From: Eledone cirrhosa
Lineage: Eukaryota
Length of the DNA: 64,000 nucleotides
Reading direction: 5' to 3'
Assembly (NCBI GenBank): GCA_964016885.1
Contig: OZ024741.1
Span: forward strand, 313,844,001 to 313,908,000
Part shown: positions 42,198-55,728 of the stretch, in pieces
How the letters are laid out: each line of letters starts with the position of its first letter
Numbering within the stretch: position 1 is the first letter of the stretch
Program-made: the position numbers and the translations under genes
Notes under the pieces: model-generated
Seen by the model: only the letters and a program-made list of their open reading frames with translations
Database searches by the model: none
Told to the model about the DNA's origin: nothing

Positions 42198-42610
42198 GGT
42201 TTATTGGCAGAATCGATAGAGAGTCGGGCGCCATGCTATGCTGCATAGAGTTACGCCTCTTTATCGTCTGAGTTCAAATCACGAAGAGGTTAACTTTGCC
42301 TTTCATCTTTACGGGTTCGATAATATATAGCGCCAGTAAAGTAATGGGGTCGATTCAATCGACTTTCTCCTACTCCCAAATTTCTGGCCTTATGCCCATA
42401 TATGAAATCATTATAGGGCGGTATATTGGCAGTATCGGTAGAGGGTCGGATATCATGTTTTGCAGCAAAGCGTTACGACCCTTTATGATAGGAGTTCAAA
42501 TCTCGTCGAGGTTAACTTTGCCTTTCATCCTTACGGGGTCGATAAAATAAAGTATCAGTAATGCACTGGGATAATAGCTGGCCTTGTCCCAAAAGTAGAA
42601 ACAATTATTA
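42198..42610 (+). mobile_element. Two tandem OK-like SINEs (42198-42413, 42417-42610)
   Basis: Two A/B boxes and two gcctttcatc..gggtcgataa cores. Confidence 0.8.
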
Positions 42611-42687
42611 TACATAAACATACCGCATATTGCGAGATACACAAACTATTCATACTTAAATGTATAAAGCTATGTTAGAGCCAACAT

Positions 42688-43701
42688 TGTGCTTTCAACA
42701 AATTTATTTTCTTCACAAAATCCAAAAATAATTTTTTTCCGGATTAAAAAAAAAAATTTTTTTTCATTTTTTTATAAATTAAGTCGTTGGTTGTTGGTTA
42801 GGTATTAGGAGTTCTTGTTTAACGTAGGAGGTATTGTTTCGTTTTTAGAAAGACATTTCACGCTGAGGTGCGCTTGTCAAACTGATGTGTATGTGGTGTG
42901 TTGTTCTATATATAGGGATTTAACATGTTTGTGGTGCGGTAGGGGTATAGCAGACGCCAAGCACCCAACCATAAAAAACTAATTACCAAGGCAAAATTTA
43001 CGACCAACATGGAATCAATGCAAGTGACGAAATGCGGGGACCCTAGATGTGGAAACTGTGAACTCATCGAAGAGGGCAAACAGTTGTCCTTCAAAAACCA
43101 TGATAATTTCAAGGTCAATGCAAACATGAACTGCAAAATGAAAAACCTAATATATCGCGCAACATGTCCACAGTGTAAAGAATATTACATTGGGGAAACC
43201 GGAACGGGACTACATAAGAGTCCGGGTACATAAACAACAAATTAAAGACCCCACAGTCAGAAATACCACATGTAGCGCACACTTTGCATCATGCGGGAAG
43301 GGAAAATTCACAATCTTCCCTTTCTTCAAGATATGGTCGGATAACGAACATTTCCGCAGATATAAAGAAGAATTCTTCATTGAAAAATTTAAACCACTAC
43401 TGAACACCAAAAAATGAATTAACACTCGGAGGTAAAATTCCATTTCACTAAACCCCCCACCTCACCCACCCTCTTCATAAGTGTACACATGAATATCTGA
43501 GTGAATGGTGAGACACACACATATATGTGTGTAGGTATGTATGGATGTATGTACGTGTGAGTATATATGTATGTGGGTGTGTGTATATGTGTGTGTATAT
43601 ATATGTATGGATGTGTGTATGTATGTATGTGTGTGTATATATATATATATATATGTGTGTGTATGTATATATATATGTATATGTATGTATGTGTATATTT
43701 G

Positions 43702-43733
<32 letters not shown>

Positions 43734-43877
43734 TATGTATATAGATATATGTTTATATGTGTGTGTATGCATATGTATGTATCTATATATGTGTGTGTGT
43801 GTATGTATGTGCATATATGTATATACGTGTGTACATATATGTATGTTTCTGTATGTGTATATGTATGTATGTAGGTG

Positions 43878-43940
<63 letters not shown>

Positions 43941-43977
43941 ATATATATGTATATGTGTGTATGTGTCTGTATGTGTT

Positions 43978-44053
<76 letters not shown>

Positions 44054-45050
44054 TATATATATATATGTATGTGTGTGAGTGTATGCCTCTATATATATAT
44101 ATATGTGTGTGTATGTGTGTGTGTGTAAGCATGTATGTGTGAACGGATGTATATATACGGACATATGTACATGTGTCTGTGTGTGTACACGTGTGTGTGT
44201 GTGTGTGGGTGTGTGTATGTGTGTGTGTATGTGTATATATGTATATTTAGTTATGTATATTTATGTGTGTATATATATGTATATGTATGTATTTATATGT
44301 ATATATATACCCATGTTGAGGTATGAGTACATATTCGTGTGTGTACGTATGTGTATATGTGTTTTTATATGTGTCTTTATATGTTTTTATGTATGTACGT
44401 GGATGTATATGTACATGGCTGTGTGATTGATGGTGTGTGCCTATATATTCCTACATATGCCCGTGTGTGTATGTACGTATATACGCGCATATGTGTGTGT
44501 TGAAGAAAGGACTAATTTCGGGATGGACGTAGAAAAATTCTTCAGAAAAAAATAATTGTTTACAAGCTTGGCAGGTGCGGTTTGCTTATGACCATTTTCG
44601 ATACAAAGGAATACTGAAAGCTTTTTTCCCTGAATAAAGGAATTTTTCGAGAATGACTGGGGCAGGCCGTGCTTGCTACATTTCTCATCACCCAACCCTA
44701 CTCACTGTCTCAACTCATTACTGCTATTAACATTTTGTCAACACACCTACACCCCTACACTTATTAAAGGGGGAGAAAAAACCCCACCGCACCACAAACA
44801 TGTTAAATCCCTATATATAGAACAACACACCACATACACATCAGTTTGACAAGCGCACCTCAGCGTGAAAGGTCTTTCTAAAAACGAAACAATACCTCCT
44901 ACGTTAACCAAGAACTCCTAAGACCTAACCAACAACCAACGACTTAATTTATAAACATTTTTTTTTTTTTCTAATCCGGAAAAAAATTATTTTTGGATTT
45001 TGTGAAGAAAATAAATTTGTTGAAAGCACAAGTGAAGCCATTCTTTTCTT
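42688..45050 (+). mobile_element. Neptune-like Penelope 3' remnant with inverted pLTR
   Basis: KCGDPRCGNC...NLIYRATCPQCKEYYIGETG GIY-YIG (43009-43417, one frameshift); inverted arms 42689-42946 / 44781-45031; internal TA/TG microsatellite 43520-44430. Confidence 0.85.
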
Positions 45051-45098
45051 CCCCCCTGTCTTAATATACCTAACTGTACAAAGGATTACACACATTTT

Positions 45099-45144
<46 letters not shown>

Positions 45145-45222
45145 TAGAACACTGGAATGTAATATACGTAGTGATAGAGCACTCAGTCCAAGGGACGAGT
45201 TAGGTCGAAGTGGTTACACATC

Positions 45223-45262
45223 CCGAGCTGAAGATCCGCGAAGGTGAAACAATTGTTCTCGG
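45223..45262 (+). ncRNA. Minimal HHR family M, intact
   Basis: ccgag-CTGAAGA-tccgcgaaggt-GAAACAATT-GTT-ctcgg; palindromic ACAATTGT stem III; flanked by a 14-bp IR gaagtggttacaca/tgtgtaaccacttc. Confidence 0.85.
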
Positions 45263-45290
45263 TATGGTGAAATAACTGTTGTGTAACCAC

Positions 45291-45354
<64 letters not shown>

Positions 45355-45713
45355 TATATGCCGGTGTAAAACTTGATCCGGTACATATGTCGAGCCATCA
45401 AATTCTGAGGTGCAATTCAGGTTTAGACCTATATACGCCGCATGAGATGACACCCCTAATATAAAGCATTACCATATTCTCAGCCGTAGATATGCTTGCC
45501 ATCGTCGTTTCTTTGCACAAAATATAAAACATGGAAATAGACTCTAAATAGTTGTTAATAAAAATGCGATAAATGGCCATACATTCTTACTTGATTTGCA
45601 TATTAGCAGACTGGCTGATCAGTCAGATCTGCATATTAGCCGATCAGTGACTGTATATTTTAGAAAATAGCATATATTTTCACTAGCTCTGACAGTTGGC
45701 AGGCGAACAGTGA

Positions 45714-45759
45714 GCTCTACTGATGAAGGGTGACACCCCAAAACATTAGTGTCCGCAGT
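45714..45759 (+). ncRNA. HHR family G, mutated (GAAA>AAAA)
   Basis: ctcta-CTGATGA-agggtgacacccc-AAAACATTAGT-GTC-cgcag. Confidence 0.6.
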
Positions 45760-45892
45760 TCTATTTACATGCCAACAGAAGAGCAATAATAGAGGGTTCA
45801 ATCTACTGACATAGCTTTAAAAATGAGGCTTGTTTGCATAATTGCAAACGAATCGAATGTTACGTTAATATTCGAAAAACTCAGATTACATT

Positions 45893-45959
<67 letters not shown>

Positions 45960-46104
45960 TATATATATATAAATGTAAAGTGAGTTTTTTGAATTTTGAT
46001 GTTAAGTTTCGATTCGTTTGCAATTATGCATCAAGCCCCTTTTTTAAAGCCATGTCTGTAGAATGAGCGCCTCATTCTTGCTCTTGTGTTGGCATGTAAA
46101 CAGA

Positions 46105-46150
46105 ACTGCAGACACTAATGTTTCTGGGTATTACCATTCATCAGTACAGT
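46105..46150 (-). ncRNA. HHR family G, intact core
   Basis: revcomp actgta-CTGATGA-atggtaataccca-GAAACATTAGT-GTC-tgcagt. Confidence 0.82.
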
Positions 46151-46265
46151 TCGATGTTCACCTGCCAACTGTCAGAGCTATTGAAAATATATGATATTTT
46201 CTAAAGTATACAGTGACTGATCGGGCTTATTTGCATATTAACAAACTTGCTTTATGTATATATAT

Positions 46266-46636
46266 ATATATATTGGTAAAAGGAAAAGAAAATGCTGACA
46301 AATTGTTCCCAGTGAAAAATAGTTTAATTAGGAATAAGTAAAAATTAGTAATAGTATTGGTTAGTATTCAGTTTTGGTTTTAAGTTTTACCTGTTGCGCA
46401 TTACTAATGCTTTTCAAAAATAATTTTGAGATAGAGCGCCCGTGATATTTGCTCTAATCACGGGCGCTCTATCTCAAAATTATTTTTGAAAAGCATTAGA
46501 AATGCGCAACCGGTAAAAGTTACAACCAAAACTGAATACTAATCAATACTATTACTTATTTTTACTTATTCCTAATTAAACTATTTTTCACTGGGAAGAA
46601 TTTGTCAGCATTTTCTTTTCCTTTTACCAATATATC
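46266..46636. repeat. ~180-bp-arm palindrome with 10-nt loop; third partial arm at 51842-51977
   Basis: Centre gagcgcccgtgat-atttgctcta-atcacgggcgctc. Confidence 0.9.
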
Positions 46637-46668
46637 ATAACTCGTGTGTTACACCTCTATTCTTTTAA

Positions 46669-49600
46669 ATATCATCATCATCATCATCATCAGGTTTAGC
46701 GTCCGTGTTCCACGCTTGCATGGGTTTGGACGGGGGTTTTCCCACTTGAGGCAAGAGTGGTTGTCTTGCTCGCATAGGACTGTCTGGCGGGTTTTCTACA
46801 GTTGGATGCCCTTCCTAACACCAACCACATTTACAGTGTGGGGCTGGGAGGTTTTTACCGTGTTGCCTACACGGCCACATTACAGCGTGGACTGTCTGGC
46901 GGGTTTTCTACAGCTGGATGCCCTTCCTAACACCAACCACATTTACAGTGTGGGGCTGGGAGGTTTTTACCGTGTTGCCTACACGGCCACATTTACAGCG
47001 TGGACTGTGTGTTTTTTTGTCGTGACACCTACACGATCTCATTTGTTTCGGCCTGGATGTTGTGGGACCAACATAACTTTACATTGAAAGGGGCGGTGTG
47101 GGTGGGGTGGAGGTGGTGGGACGGGGGTGTGTTTTGATAGAGATGCCTACTGACTGTAGTAGGTTTTTACTTTGTATTTAGGTAAGGCGGGTCTTCTCTA
47201 TTACTGAGTACCGCCAAAGGTCTCGGTCCAGTGACATTGTCTTGGAGAGGTGTAAGCGTGTGAGGTCGGAATTTATCAGCTCGTCCCATGTTTTTCTGGG
47301 TCTGCCTACTCCGTGGCTACCGCCTATCTTTATTGCCCTGCACTTTGTTATACAGCTGTCGTCTTTCATGCGCATCACGTGACCGTACCAACGTAGCCTT
47401 CTCTCGAGTAAACAACATCTGATCCCTCTTATTTCTAATTTTTTCCTTAGTTCGTTTATGCTTTGCCGTTCACGTATATTACTATTGCACATCCAGCGGA
47501 GCATGCAAGCTTCGTTCCTCTCTAGTCTGCGTATATCCTCTGCACACAATGCCCAGGTCTCACTGCCATGCAGCATTGCTGTTCGTATGCAGGCATCGTA
47601 TAACCTGCCTTTCATTTTTAGGGAGAACCCTCTAGCGGCTAATAGTGGTATAAGCTCTCTGAACTTTTTCCATCCAGTTCTGACTCTAGCTACTGTACTT
47701 TCAGAGCACCCTCCCCCACTGCTGATTTTGTCACCCAGATAACGGAAGCTGTCCACTATTTCTATAGAACCCTCTGCGCAGTTGAAGGAGCTAGTATTTT
47801 GTGGGCACTTGCTGCTACTTATTGCACCAGAGCACCGGCCACATGTAAAATCTATGTTCTTAGTTAGCTTACCTGTGATCCCACTACATCTTTTATGCAC
47901 CCATACTTTGCATTTGGGACATAAAATGGAGTTTCTACCTACGCCTTTCCTACACACTGAGCATGGCCATTTCCCAGATGGGACCGCCGCCTTATTTTCT
48001 TTCCTACAAACTAGAACTTTAGTCTTAGCCAGGTTAATTTTAAGGCCTTTTGATTCTAGGCCGTGCTTCCATGTTTGGAATTTCTTCTCTAGTTCGGTCA
48101 TTGATTCAGCTATGAGCGTTAGATCATCTGCGTATAGGAGTTCCCATGGGCAGCCGGTCTTGAACTCCTCTGTTATAGCCTGAAGGGCAATAATAAATAG
48201 TAGGGGGCTAAGAACAGAGCCCTGCTGGACACCAACTTTTACGCTAAACTCTTCACTATATTCGTTGTTAATTCTAACCTTACTGACTGTTTCTTTATAC
48301 ATGGCTTGTATAGCTCTCACAAGCCATTCGTCAACACCTAGTTTTCTAAGAGACCACCAGATAATGGAACGGGGGACTCTGTCGAAGGCTTTCTCCAAGT
48401 CGACGAAAGCTAAGTATAGGGGTTTACTTTTAGCTAGGTACTTCTCCTGTAGTTGTCGTACAATGAAAAGAGCGTCTGTGGTACTTTTGCCTGACACAAA
48501 CCCGAACTGCATTTCATCTAGATCAATTCTCTCTCTGATTAGTTGCGCTATTACTTTTTCCGTGACCTTTATGACCTGGTCGATTAATTTAATGCCTCTA
48601 TAGTTACTCCTATCTAGGGCATCTCCTTTTCCCTTATAGCAGTTAACGATGATGCTGCTACGCCATTCCTTCGGAACAACCCCATTCTGTACGACTTGGT
48701 TAACTATCCGAGTGACCATGGTGTGTCCCACCGAACCAGATGCCTTCAGCATCTCAGCAACTATTTCCGAAGGCCCAGCCGCCTTACCCGTCTTCATATC
48801 TTTGATTGCCTTACTTATTATACTACCTTCAACTAACACTGCTGGTCCCTCTATTGGATCGATCAGGGGGAGACTGTCTTTCTCCCATTTGTTCTCCTCA
48901 TTTAGAAGCCTTTCGTAGTGACACTTCCAAGCTACCTTCTTATCAGCGTCGGTGATGGCAAGTATGCCATCATCGTTAAGTACACACTTCTCCCCGACAA
49001 TATCACGGTTTTCCTTGACACATTGCCTGGCAATCCTGAACACCTCACGTTTTTGGTCCTCACGGTGTAGAACATGCTTGAACTTTCTTTCCTCTGCTTC
49101 CCTTCTTGCGAAGTACACTTGTCTCCTAGCTTCCCTCCTGGCCACTTGATAGTCTTCTCTACTTCCCCCATCCCGCCATACTTTCCAAGCCTGCTTCTTG
49201 GCCTTAATTGACTCCTCCACCTTACTGTTCCACCACCATGTTACTCTCCTCCTACCTACAGGCCTGCTCTAGCCACAGACTTCGTCTGCCGCCGTCAGCA
49301 GGTTTGCTCTCAGGAATTCCCACTGTTCCTCTATATTATACGACTCTAATTGCTCTTCCTTACTGTCGAAAGCGTCAAGTAATATGCTTTGAAATTTATT
49401 TCTGGCTATGGGGTCCTTTAGCTTCCATATTTTTCTCCTGAGGATAGTCCTCTTCCGCTGTCTAGTACGTCTCGTCCTGACTATGAGGTCGCTAATTATC
49501 AGTCTATGTTGGGAGGTGAATTCTTCATGGGGGTGGGATTTAGTGTTAACAACAGACACTCTGTCACGTCTTCTGGTAAGGATATAATCTACCTGGCTTG

Positions 49601-50480
49601 TGTGTTCCCCCGATCTATAGGTGATCAAGTGATTGTCTCGTTTTTTGAAGTTAGTGTTACAGATAGTTAAGTTATTTGCGTCGCAGAATTCCAGGATTCT
49701 GGAGCCTTCCTCATTTCTAGTACCGAACCCATAGCCTCCATGGATTCCGTCATAGCCGTCACAATGTTGTCCAACGTGACCATTTAGGTCGCCTGCAATA
49801 ACTATATAGTCACTGTCGGTTATTTGGGAGGTAGCGAGCATCAGTGTCTCGTAGAATCTGTCTTTTATAGCGCCGGGCAGTCCGGATTGGGGTGCGTACG
49901 CAGATATTACTGTCACCGTAGTTTTATTGAGGACAAGTCTTATTTTAATTATTCTGTCGTTCACTCTATTTACGTCTATTATCTTATCTGCCCACTTTTC
50001 TGCTACCATGATTCCTACCCCACCCAACCCATTGTCATTTCCCACCCAGAAAAGCTTATAGCATCGTTCTTTACCCACGATGAATCTAGCCGACCCTCCC
50101 ATCCACCTGGTCTCTTGAATACAACAAACATCGACCTCCTTACGTTCAAGCATTTCTACAACCTCGTTAGAGCGACCCTTTAAGGTGCCTACATTCATGG
50201 TACCAACTCTGAAGTTTTGGATTGCGTTTGGAGGGTGGGAGCGGTGGGGCGCGGGGGGGAGGGGATGGGGTTATGTTAGCCATCCTGGGCCGAAACAAGG
50301 AGGAGTGCTTGCATTCTCGTCCACGAGGTGAATTTGGCTTTATCTTTGGCATTGTCGCTGAGCGTCCACATTTTTCTCTCCTCAACTCTCCAGAATTCCG
50401 TAGTCCATCTATCATATCGAAAAGCAACCAGTTAAGCGATAGTATGGGCCTCTGACTTATGATTGGTCCACGTAATAATA
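46669..50480 (-). mobile_element. Near-intact RTE-clade LINE (APE + RT + PHD-like finger)
   Basis: NVGTL, IQET, GDLN, DYIL, SQH (APE); FVDLEKAFD, QGSVLSP, YADD (RT); CSVC..CPKC.WVHKRC..CGRC; 3' UTR with ~110-bp duplication and (GAT)n tail. Confidence 0.93.
47178..50198 (-). pseudogene. RTE ORF (~1000 aa) split by one in-frame TAG at 49269-49271
   Basis: ORFs 49269-50198 and 47178-49220 are in the same frame; VCG*SRPVGRRVTWWWN. Confidence 0.88.
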
Positions 50481-50520
50481 TATATATAGTTATGTAATAA
50501 ACAACATAAGGCAATTATTC

Positions 50521-50574
50521 CATTTACCAGTGGTTTCTTAAAAGCAAAAAATGTTGCTTTCAAACCTCAGAATG
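50521..50574 (-). ncRNA. HHR family N, mutated core (CUGAGGU)
   Basis: revcomp catt-CTGAGGT-ttgaaagc...gcttttaa-GAAACCACTG-GTA-aatg. Confidence 0.62.
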
Positions 50575-50726
50575 AAAAAAATGGTGGTCTGTTTATTGAA
50601 TTTGGATTTAAAAACAAAAATGCAATCTATATGAAAGTAAGACTGGAGAAAGAAGGATAGGAAAAATAAAATCAAACCACACATGCAAACACACACACAA
50701 ACACACACACACACAAAAGCATACAT

Positions 50727-50763
<37 letters not shown>

Positions 50764-50930
50764 CATACACTCATACATACACACACACATATACACATAT
50801 ATATGTGTATATAAACACACATACACATACATATACACATACATACATACGCACATAAATATCAATACATCCATACATACACATACATATATACAACCAC
50901 ACACACATATATACACATATATATATATAC

Positions 50931-50961
<31 letters not shown>

Positions 50962-50975
50962 TATACATAAATATA

Positions 50976-51076
<101 letters not shown>

Positions 51077-51375
51077 GCATGCATATATATATATACATAC
51101 ATGCACACAATCATACCTATATACACACGTACATACATAAATGCGTACATATATATCTACAAAATTAGAAAAATATACACTCTTCTACATATTAAAACAC
51201 GCAAATAAATATAAGAAAAAATATATATATAAAAAAAATTAAATAATAATAAAGATTATTATTCAGTTGACAGTATGGATGTGTTGATATTTATGTGCGT
51301 ATGTATGTATGTGTATATGTATGTGTGTTTATATACACATATATATGTGTATATGTGTGTGTGTATGTATGCGTG

Positions 51376-51426
<51 letters not shown>

Positions 51427-51571
51427 GTATGCTTTTGTGTGTGTGTATGTGTGTTTGCATGTGTCGTTTTATTTTATTTTTCCTTTCCTTCTTCTTTCTC
51501 CACCCTCACTTTCATATAGATTTCACTTTTGTTTTTAAAATCCAAATTCAATAAACAGACCAGGATTTTTT

Positions 51572-51625
51572 CATTCTGAGGATTGAAAGTAACATTTTTG
51601 GCTTTTAAGAAACCACTGGTAAATG
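51572..51625 (+). ncRNA. Type I HHR family N, intact
   Basis: catt-CTGAGGA-ttgaaagt...gcttttaa-GAAACCACTG-GTA-aatg; all three stems pair. Confidence 0.88.
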
Positions 51626-51784
51626 GAATAATTGCCTTATGTTGTTTATTACATAACTATTAAGCTATGTTACCTACATAGAGCACTCTTTTTTCCTGGA
51701 CTTTTCCGACGGAATTACTTCATTCACACACATATATATGTATATATATATATATATATAAATATATGTGTGTGTGTGTGTGTG

Positions 51785-51839
<55 letters not shown>

Positions 51840-52014
51840 TTATTTAAAAGAATAGAGGTGTAACACACGAGTTATGATATATCGGTAAAAGGAAAAGAAA
51901 ATGCTGACAAATTGTTCCCAGTGAAAAATAGGTTAATTATGAATAAGTAAAAATTAGTAATAGTATTGATTAGTATCTATATCTATCTATATATATATAT
52001 ATATATATATACCT

Positions 52015-52717
52015 CCGGTATATGGACTTTAAAGCGATGAAATACCAATGAAGGTTGGAAGATCACTGATGAAGGACTAACTTTATTCATATGTAACCCA
52101 TTTGCAACCACGCACCACGTTTGTTTTCATATTCACACGTATATTTTCCTCCGCTATGAACCGTCTATTTCGTTCTTACTGCTTCCTCTTTCTCTGTATC
52201 TTTACCCTCTCTAACAGTCACTGTCTCTGTTAGCCTCTACCTCACCCTTCACTCACTCAGTCTCTGCTTCTATCTCTCCTACTTCCTCCCGTTTGACATG
52301 TGCGTAATTCTTTTCTCGCGCATGTTTGACCAGGATGGTTGTTCCTTTTTTCTCTCTTGTCTACGATTTCACAGAACTTATGTTCAACGAATTCAGGGAC
52401 TAGACTCCTTCTTCCTCCCGTTTGACCTGTGCTGAATTCCTTCCTTGCTCACATTTCGACTAGGTTTGATGGTCTTTATTCTCTCTCGTTCACGAATTCA
52501 CCGAACTTATATTCATGGAAATCTGGGACTTGACTCTTTCTTCCTCACTTTTCGTTGCATTACCATCTTTTTTTGTTTACAGTCTCGCTCGTTCCTCTTA
52601 TTTACGTGTTCCAACGACTTTCTTTAGCCGTTGCTCGCACCAACCGGAGTTATATGGTCTTTAAAGCGATGAAATACCAATGAAGGTTGGAAGATCACTG
52701 ATGAAGGAGTGACTTTA

Positions 52718-52722
<5 letters not shown>
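52015..52722 (+). repeat. Partial-tandem element with ~78-bp terminal direct repeats between (TA)n tracts
   Basis: 52015-52092 and 52644-52722 match, each containing gatcaCTGATGAagg; no matching GAAA half found. Confidence 0.65.
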
Positions 52723-52784
<62 letters not shown>

Positions 52785-52937
52785 ATCACTATCTTGATAG
52801 CGACCAGTGTCATGAACGAGGAGCGTCCAGATTTACCACTCCTTATCTCTGCTGTAATCCGCTAGATGGCTCTTTTTTCTTCAGTCTCCATTCATACCTG
52901 AAGACATTCAATTGTTTATTATTATTAAACAAAACCA

Positions 52938-53135
52938 AGGCGGTAAATTGGCAGTATCGGTAGAGCGTCGGACGCCATGCTTTGACGCAGAGAGTTACAC
53001 CCCTTGTCATTCTGAGTTCAAATCCCGCCGAGGTTAACTTTGGCTTTCATCCTTACGCGGGTCGATAAAATAAGGTTCCAGTAATGCACTGGAATAATTG
53101 GTGGCCTTTTGCAAATAGTAGAAACAATTATTATT
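52938..53135 (+). mobile_element. OK-like SINE, full length
   Basis: ggcggtaaattggcagtatcgg A box, gagttcaaatcc B box, conserved core and tail. Confidence 0.88.
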
Positions 53136-53310
53136 AAACATAACATACCGCATATTGCTAGATATCCAAACTACACATACGTATATATATAAAGCTATGT
53201 TAGAGCCAACATGTTAATGTTTTCCCTGTATCTTTGTCTCTGACTCTGTCTCTCTCTCTCTCCTTCATTATATATATATATCTGTGTGTGCGTGTGCATG
53301 TGTGTGCATG

Positions 53311-53346
<36 letters not shown>

Positions 53347-53875
53347 AAGATTTATAAATACATTTATATATATATATATATATATACCGTGTAGGCCGGT
53401 GTAAAATTTGATCCGGTACATAGGTCGACCCATCAAATTCTGAGTTGTAATTAAACTTTAGGCCTATATACGCTATACGCCGGATAAATAGCAGGCATTA
53501 CCATCTTCCCAGCCGTAGATAGGCTTGCCGTTGTTTATTTGCACAAAATATAAGGCATGGAAATGAACACTAAATAGTTGTAAAATAAAAATGCATGTGA
53601 AGGAAATACTAATTGTAAAATTTATTTTTCACTTAACAAAATGATTTAACTGAACTGTTTTATTAGTAAACAACATGCTACCACACCATTACTTGATACG
53701 CGGTAATTTTAAAAACCTAAATATTCCTTATCCTCTGTGTATCAGCATTACATGGCGATACATTTTAACTTTCGGCCACTTTTGTTTCTTGAGGAAATTA
53801 CCGTAGTTTTTCCGATAGTTTAGATAATTCAGTGAAACCGTTTTACCATTAATATTATAACTATAATAGTAATAA

Positions 53876-53952
<77 letters not shown>

Positions 53953-53956
53953 CTAT

Positions 53957-54338
53957 GAAAATGAAAATCGGAAGGCAAGGTAAACATTCCCAATCATTTT
54001 AATCACGACACATGTTTCAAAAAGAGATAGATCGATCGTGAAGCCATGATCAATTATCACTGATATAATCGGGTGAAAATGAATTGTCTTCGAATTCTTG
54101 ATATGTGGGAGAAAATTAGCAATGTTCACTCACAGAGTTTATTCCCTCATATTTATTCACTCTATGAGTGAACATTGCTAAATTCTCCCTCATATCAAGA
54201 AATTGAAAACAATTCATTTTCACCTGATGAGATCAGTGATGATTGATCATGGCTTCACGATCAATTTTTTTCTTATTGAAACAGGTGTCGTGATTAAAAT
54301 GATTGGGAATTTTTACCTTGCCTTCGGATTGTCATTTT
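53957..54338. repeat. Fold-back HHR cassette family F
   Basis: Arms ~53957-54135 / 54160-54338; minus-arm HHR (54003-54076) has a degenerate core. Confidence 0.85.
54220..54293 (+). ncRNA. HHR family F, intact core
   Basis: tcac-CTGATGA-...attgatc..gatcaat...-GAAACAGGT-GTC-gtga. Confidence 0.72.
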
Positions 54339-54582
54339 GTTACTAATACTCCGTTTTACATCATCTAGCTGTTCCCTTGAATGGAATTGGAGATATACTA
54401 AAGCGTGGAGAACATAATATTGCCAACAAAGATTTATTGGACCGTTTTGTGCAACCAATAATACACCTTACTATATATATATATAATAATAATAATAAAT
54501 TTGAAGACTAAAATCCAAAGAGGGCTCGATAAGAGTGAAAGCAGCGATTCTTTGCTTAAAGCTTAATCTGTTATTTTAATAA

Positions 54583-54619
<37 letters not shown>

Positions 54620-54624
<5 letters not shown>

Positions 54625-54752
54625 GGAAAAAGTGAAACGAAATTTCATTTCTCACTCTTAGTACGGCTGTTACTTAAATATAAGTATGTATACGTACATA
54701 CATATATGTATACAGACGTACAGTAGTATGTATATATATATATACATACAAG

Positions 54753-54849
<97 letters not shown>

Positions 54850-55531
54850 GTATGGATTCACCGAACATTTATTATAATGTTCGGTCTATTTGTAAACAAA
54901 CATCCCGAATTTAGCCGCACAGTGTCTAGCAACTATCGTTGCTCATTTGTTCAACACTGACAAAGGAACTTTCTACTAGTTTCAAGCTTATTAGCTATCG
55001 TCAGCAACGTATACCTTCCTGCCAGATGATTGAACGTCTGTAATATATACTTTCCTTATGCATATTAACAGCTTATACTGTACGTCTGTATACATATATG
55101 TGTGTACGTATACATACTTATATTTAAGTAACAGCCGTATTAAGATTGAGAAATGAAATTTTTCCGTTTATCGTTTCGGTGCCCCGGCCGATTAACTCAT
55201 TCAATATGCAAATTAGGCTGCTCAGACGTTAATATACATAAGGAAAGTATATACTTTCAGACGTTCAATCATCTGGCAGGAAGGTATACGTTGTTGACGA
55301 TAACTAATAAGCTTGAAACTAGTACAGCGTTCCTTTGTCAGTGTGGAACAAATGAGCATCGATGGTTGCTAGACACTGTACGGCTTAATTTGGATGGTTG
55401 TTTACAAACACACCGAGCATTATAATAAATGTTCGGTGAATCCATACGTACATATATATATGTGTGGATGTATGTATATATATACATACTACTGTACGTC
55501 TGTATACATAATGTATGTACGTATACATACT

Positions 55532-55540
<9 letters not shown>
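54620..55540. repeat. Family A inverted repeat, independent junction (~55075)
   Basis: Minus arm 54620-55075 with HHR 54969-55009; plus arm 55075-55540 with HHR 55289-55329 (UUGACGA mutant). Confidence 0.82.
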
Positions 55541-55581
<41 letters not shown>

Positions 55582-55728
55582 TATTTTCCGTTGTATTGTA
55601 ATATAAATATTACACACAGTAGATTGACAGCTCACGTAGAGTTTGCTCGACGGTTCCAGTTGTAGTTCCAAAAGTAATCCGGAGAAAAATAGAAAGATTT
55701 GAATGGATACAGTTTAGTTGAAAGGAAT

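Larger units (their letters stand above)
45625..46240. repeat. Fold-back HHR cassette family G with (TA)n at the centre
   Basis: Arms ~45625-45885 and ~45980-46240 are diverged reverse complements. Confidence 0.8.

Noticed and set aside
43419-44426. Many long YI/CV/HT-repeat ORFs (also 14.0-14.4, 30-31, 36-37, 39-40 and 50.5-51.5 kb)
   Set aside because: Translations of microsatellites, not genes
44843-44878. HHR-like TTGACAA-gcgc..gcgt-GAAA (U3-A8 variant) in the Neptune-like pLTR, mirrored at ~42849-42884
   Set aside because: Position is plausible but stem I does not pair and stem III is too short; needs a family consensus
46450-46610. tgct-CTAATCA...GGAAG-aattt-GTC-agca as a very long degenerate HHR
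   Set aside because: Both core halves carry multiple mismatches
47458-49149. Plus-strand ORFs overlapping the RTE
   Set aside because: Antisense shadow ORFs of the LINE coding sequence
52938-53030. tRNA-like A/B boxes
   Set aside because: SINE heads with no complete cloverleaf; not tRNA genes
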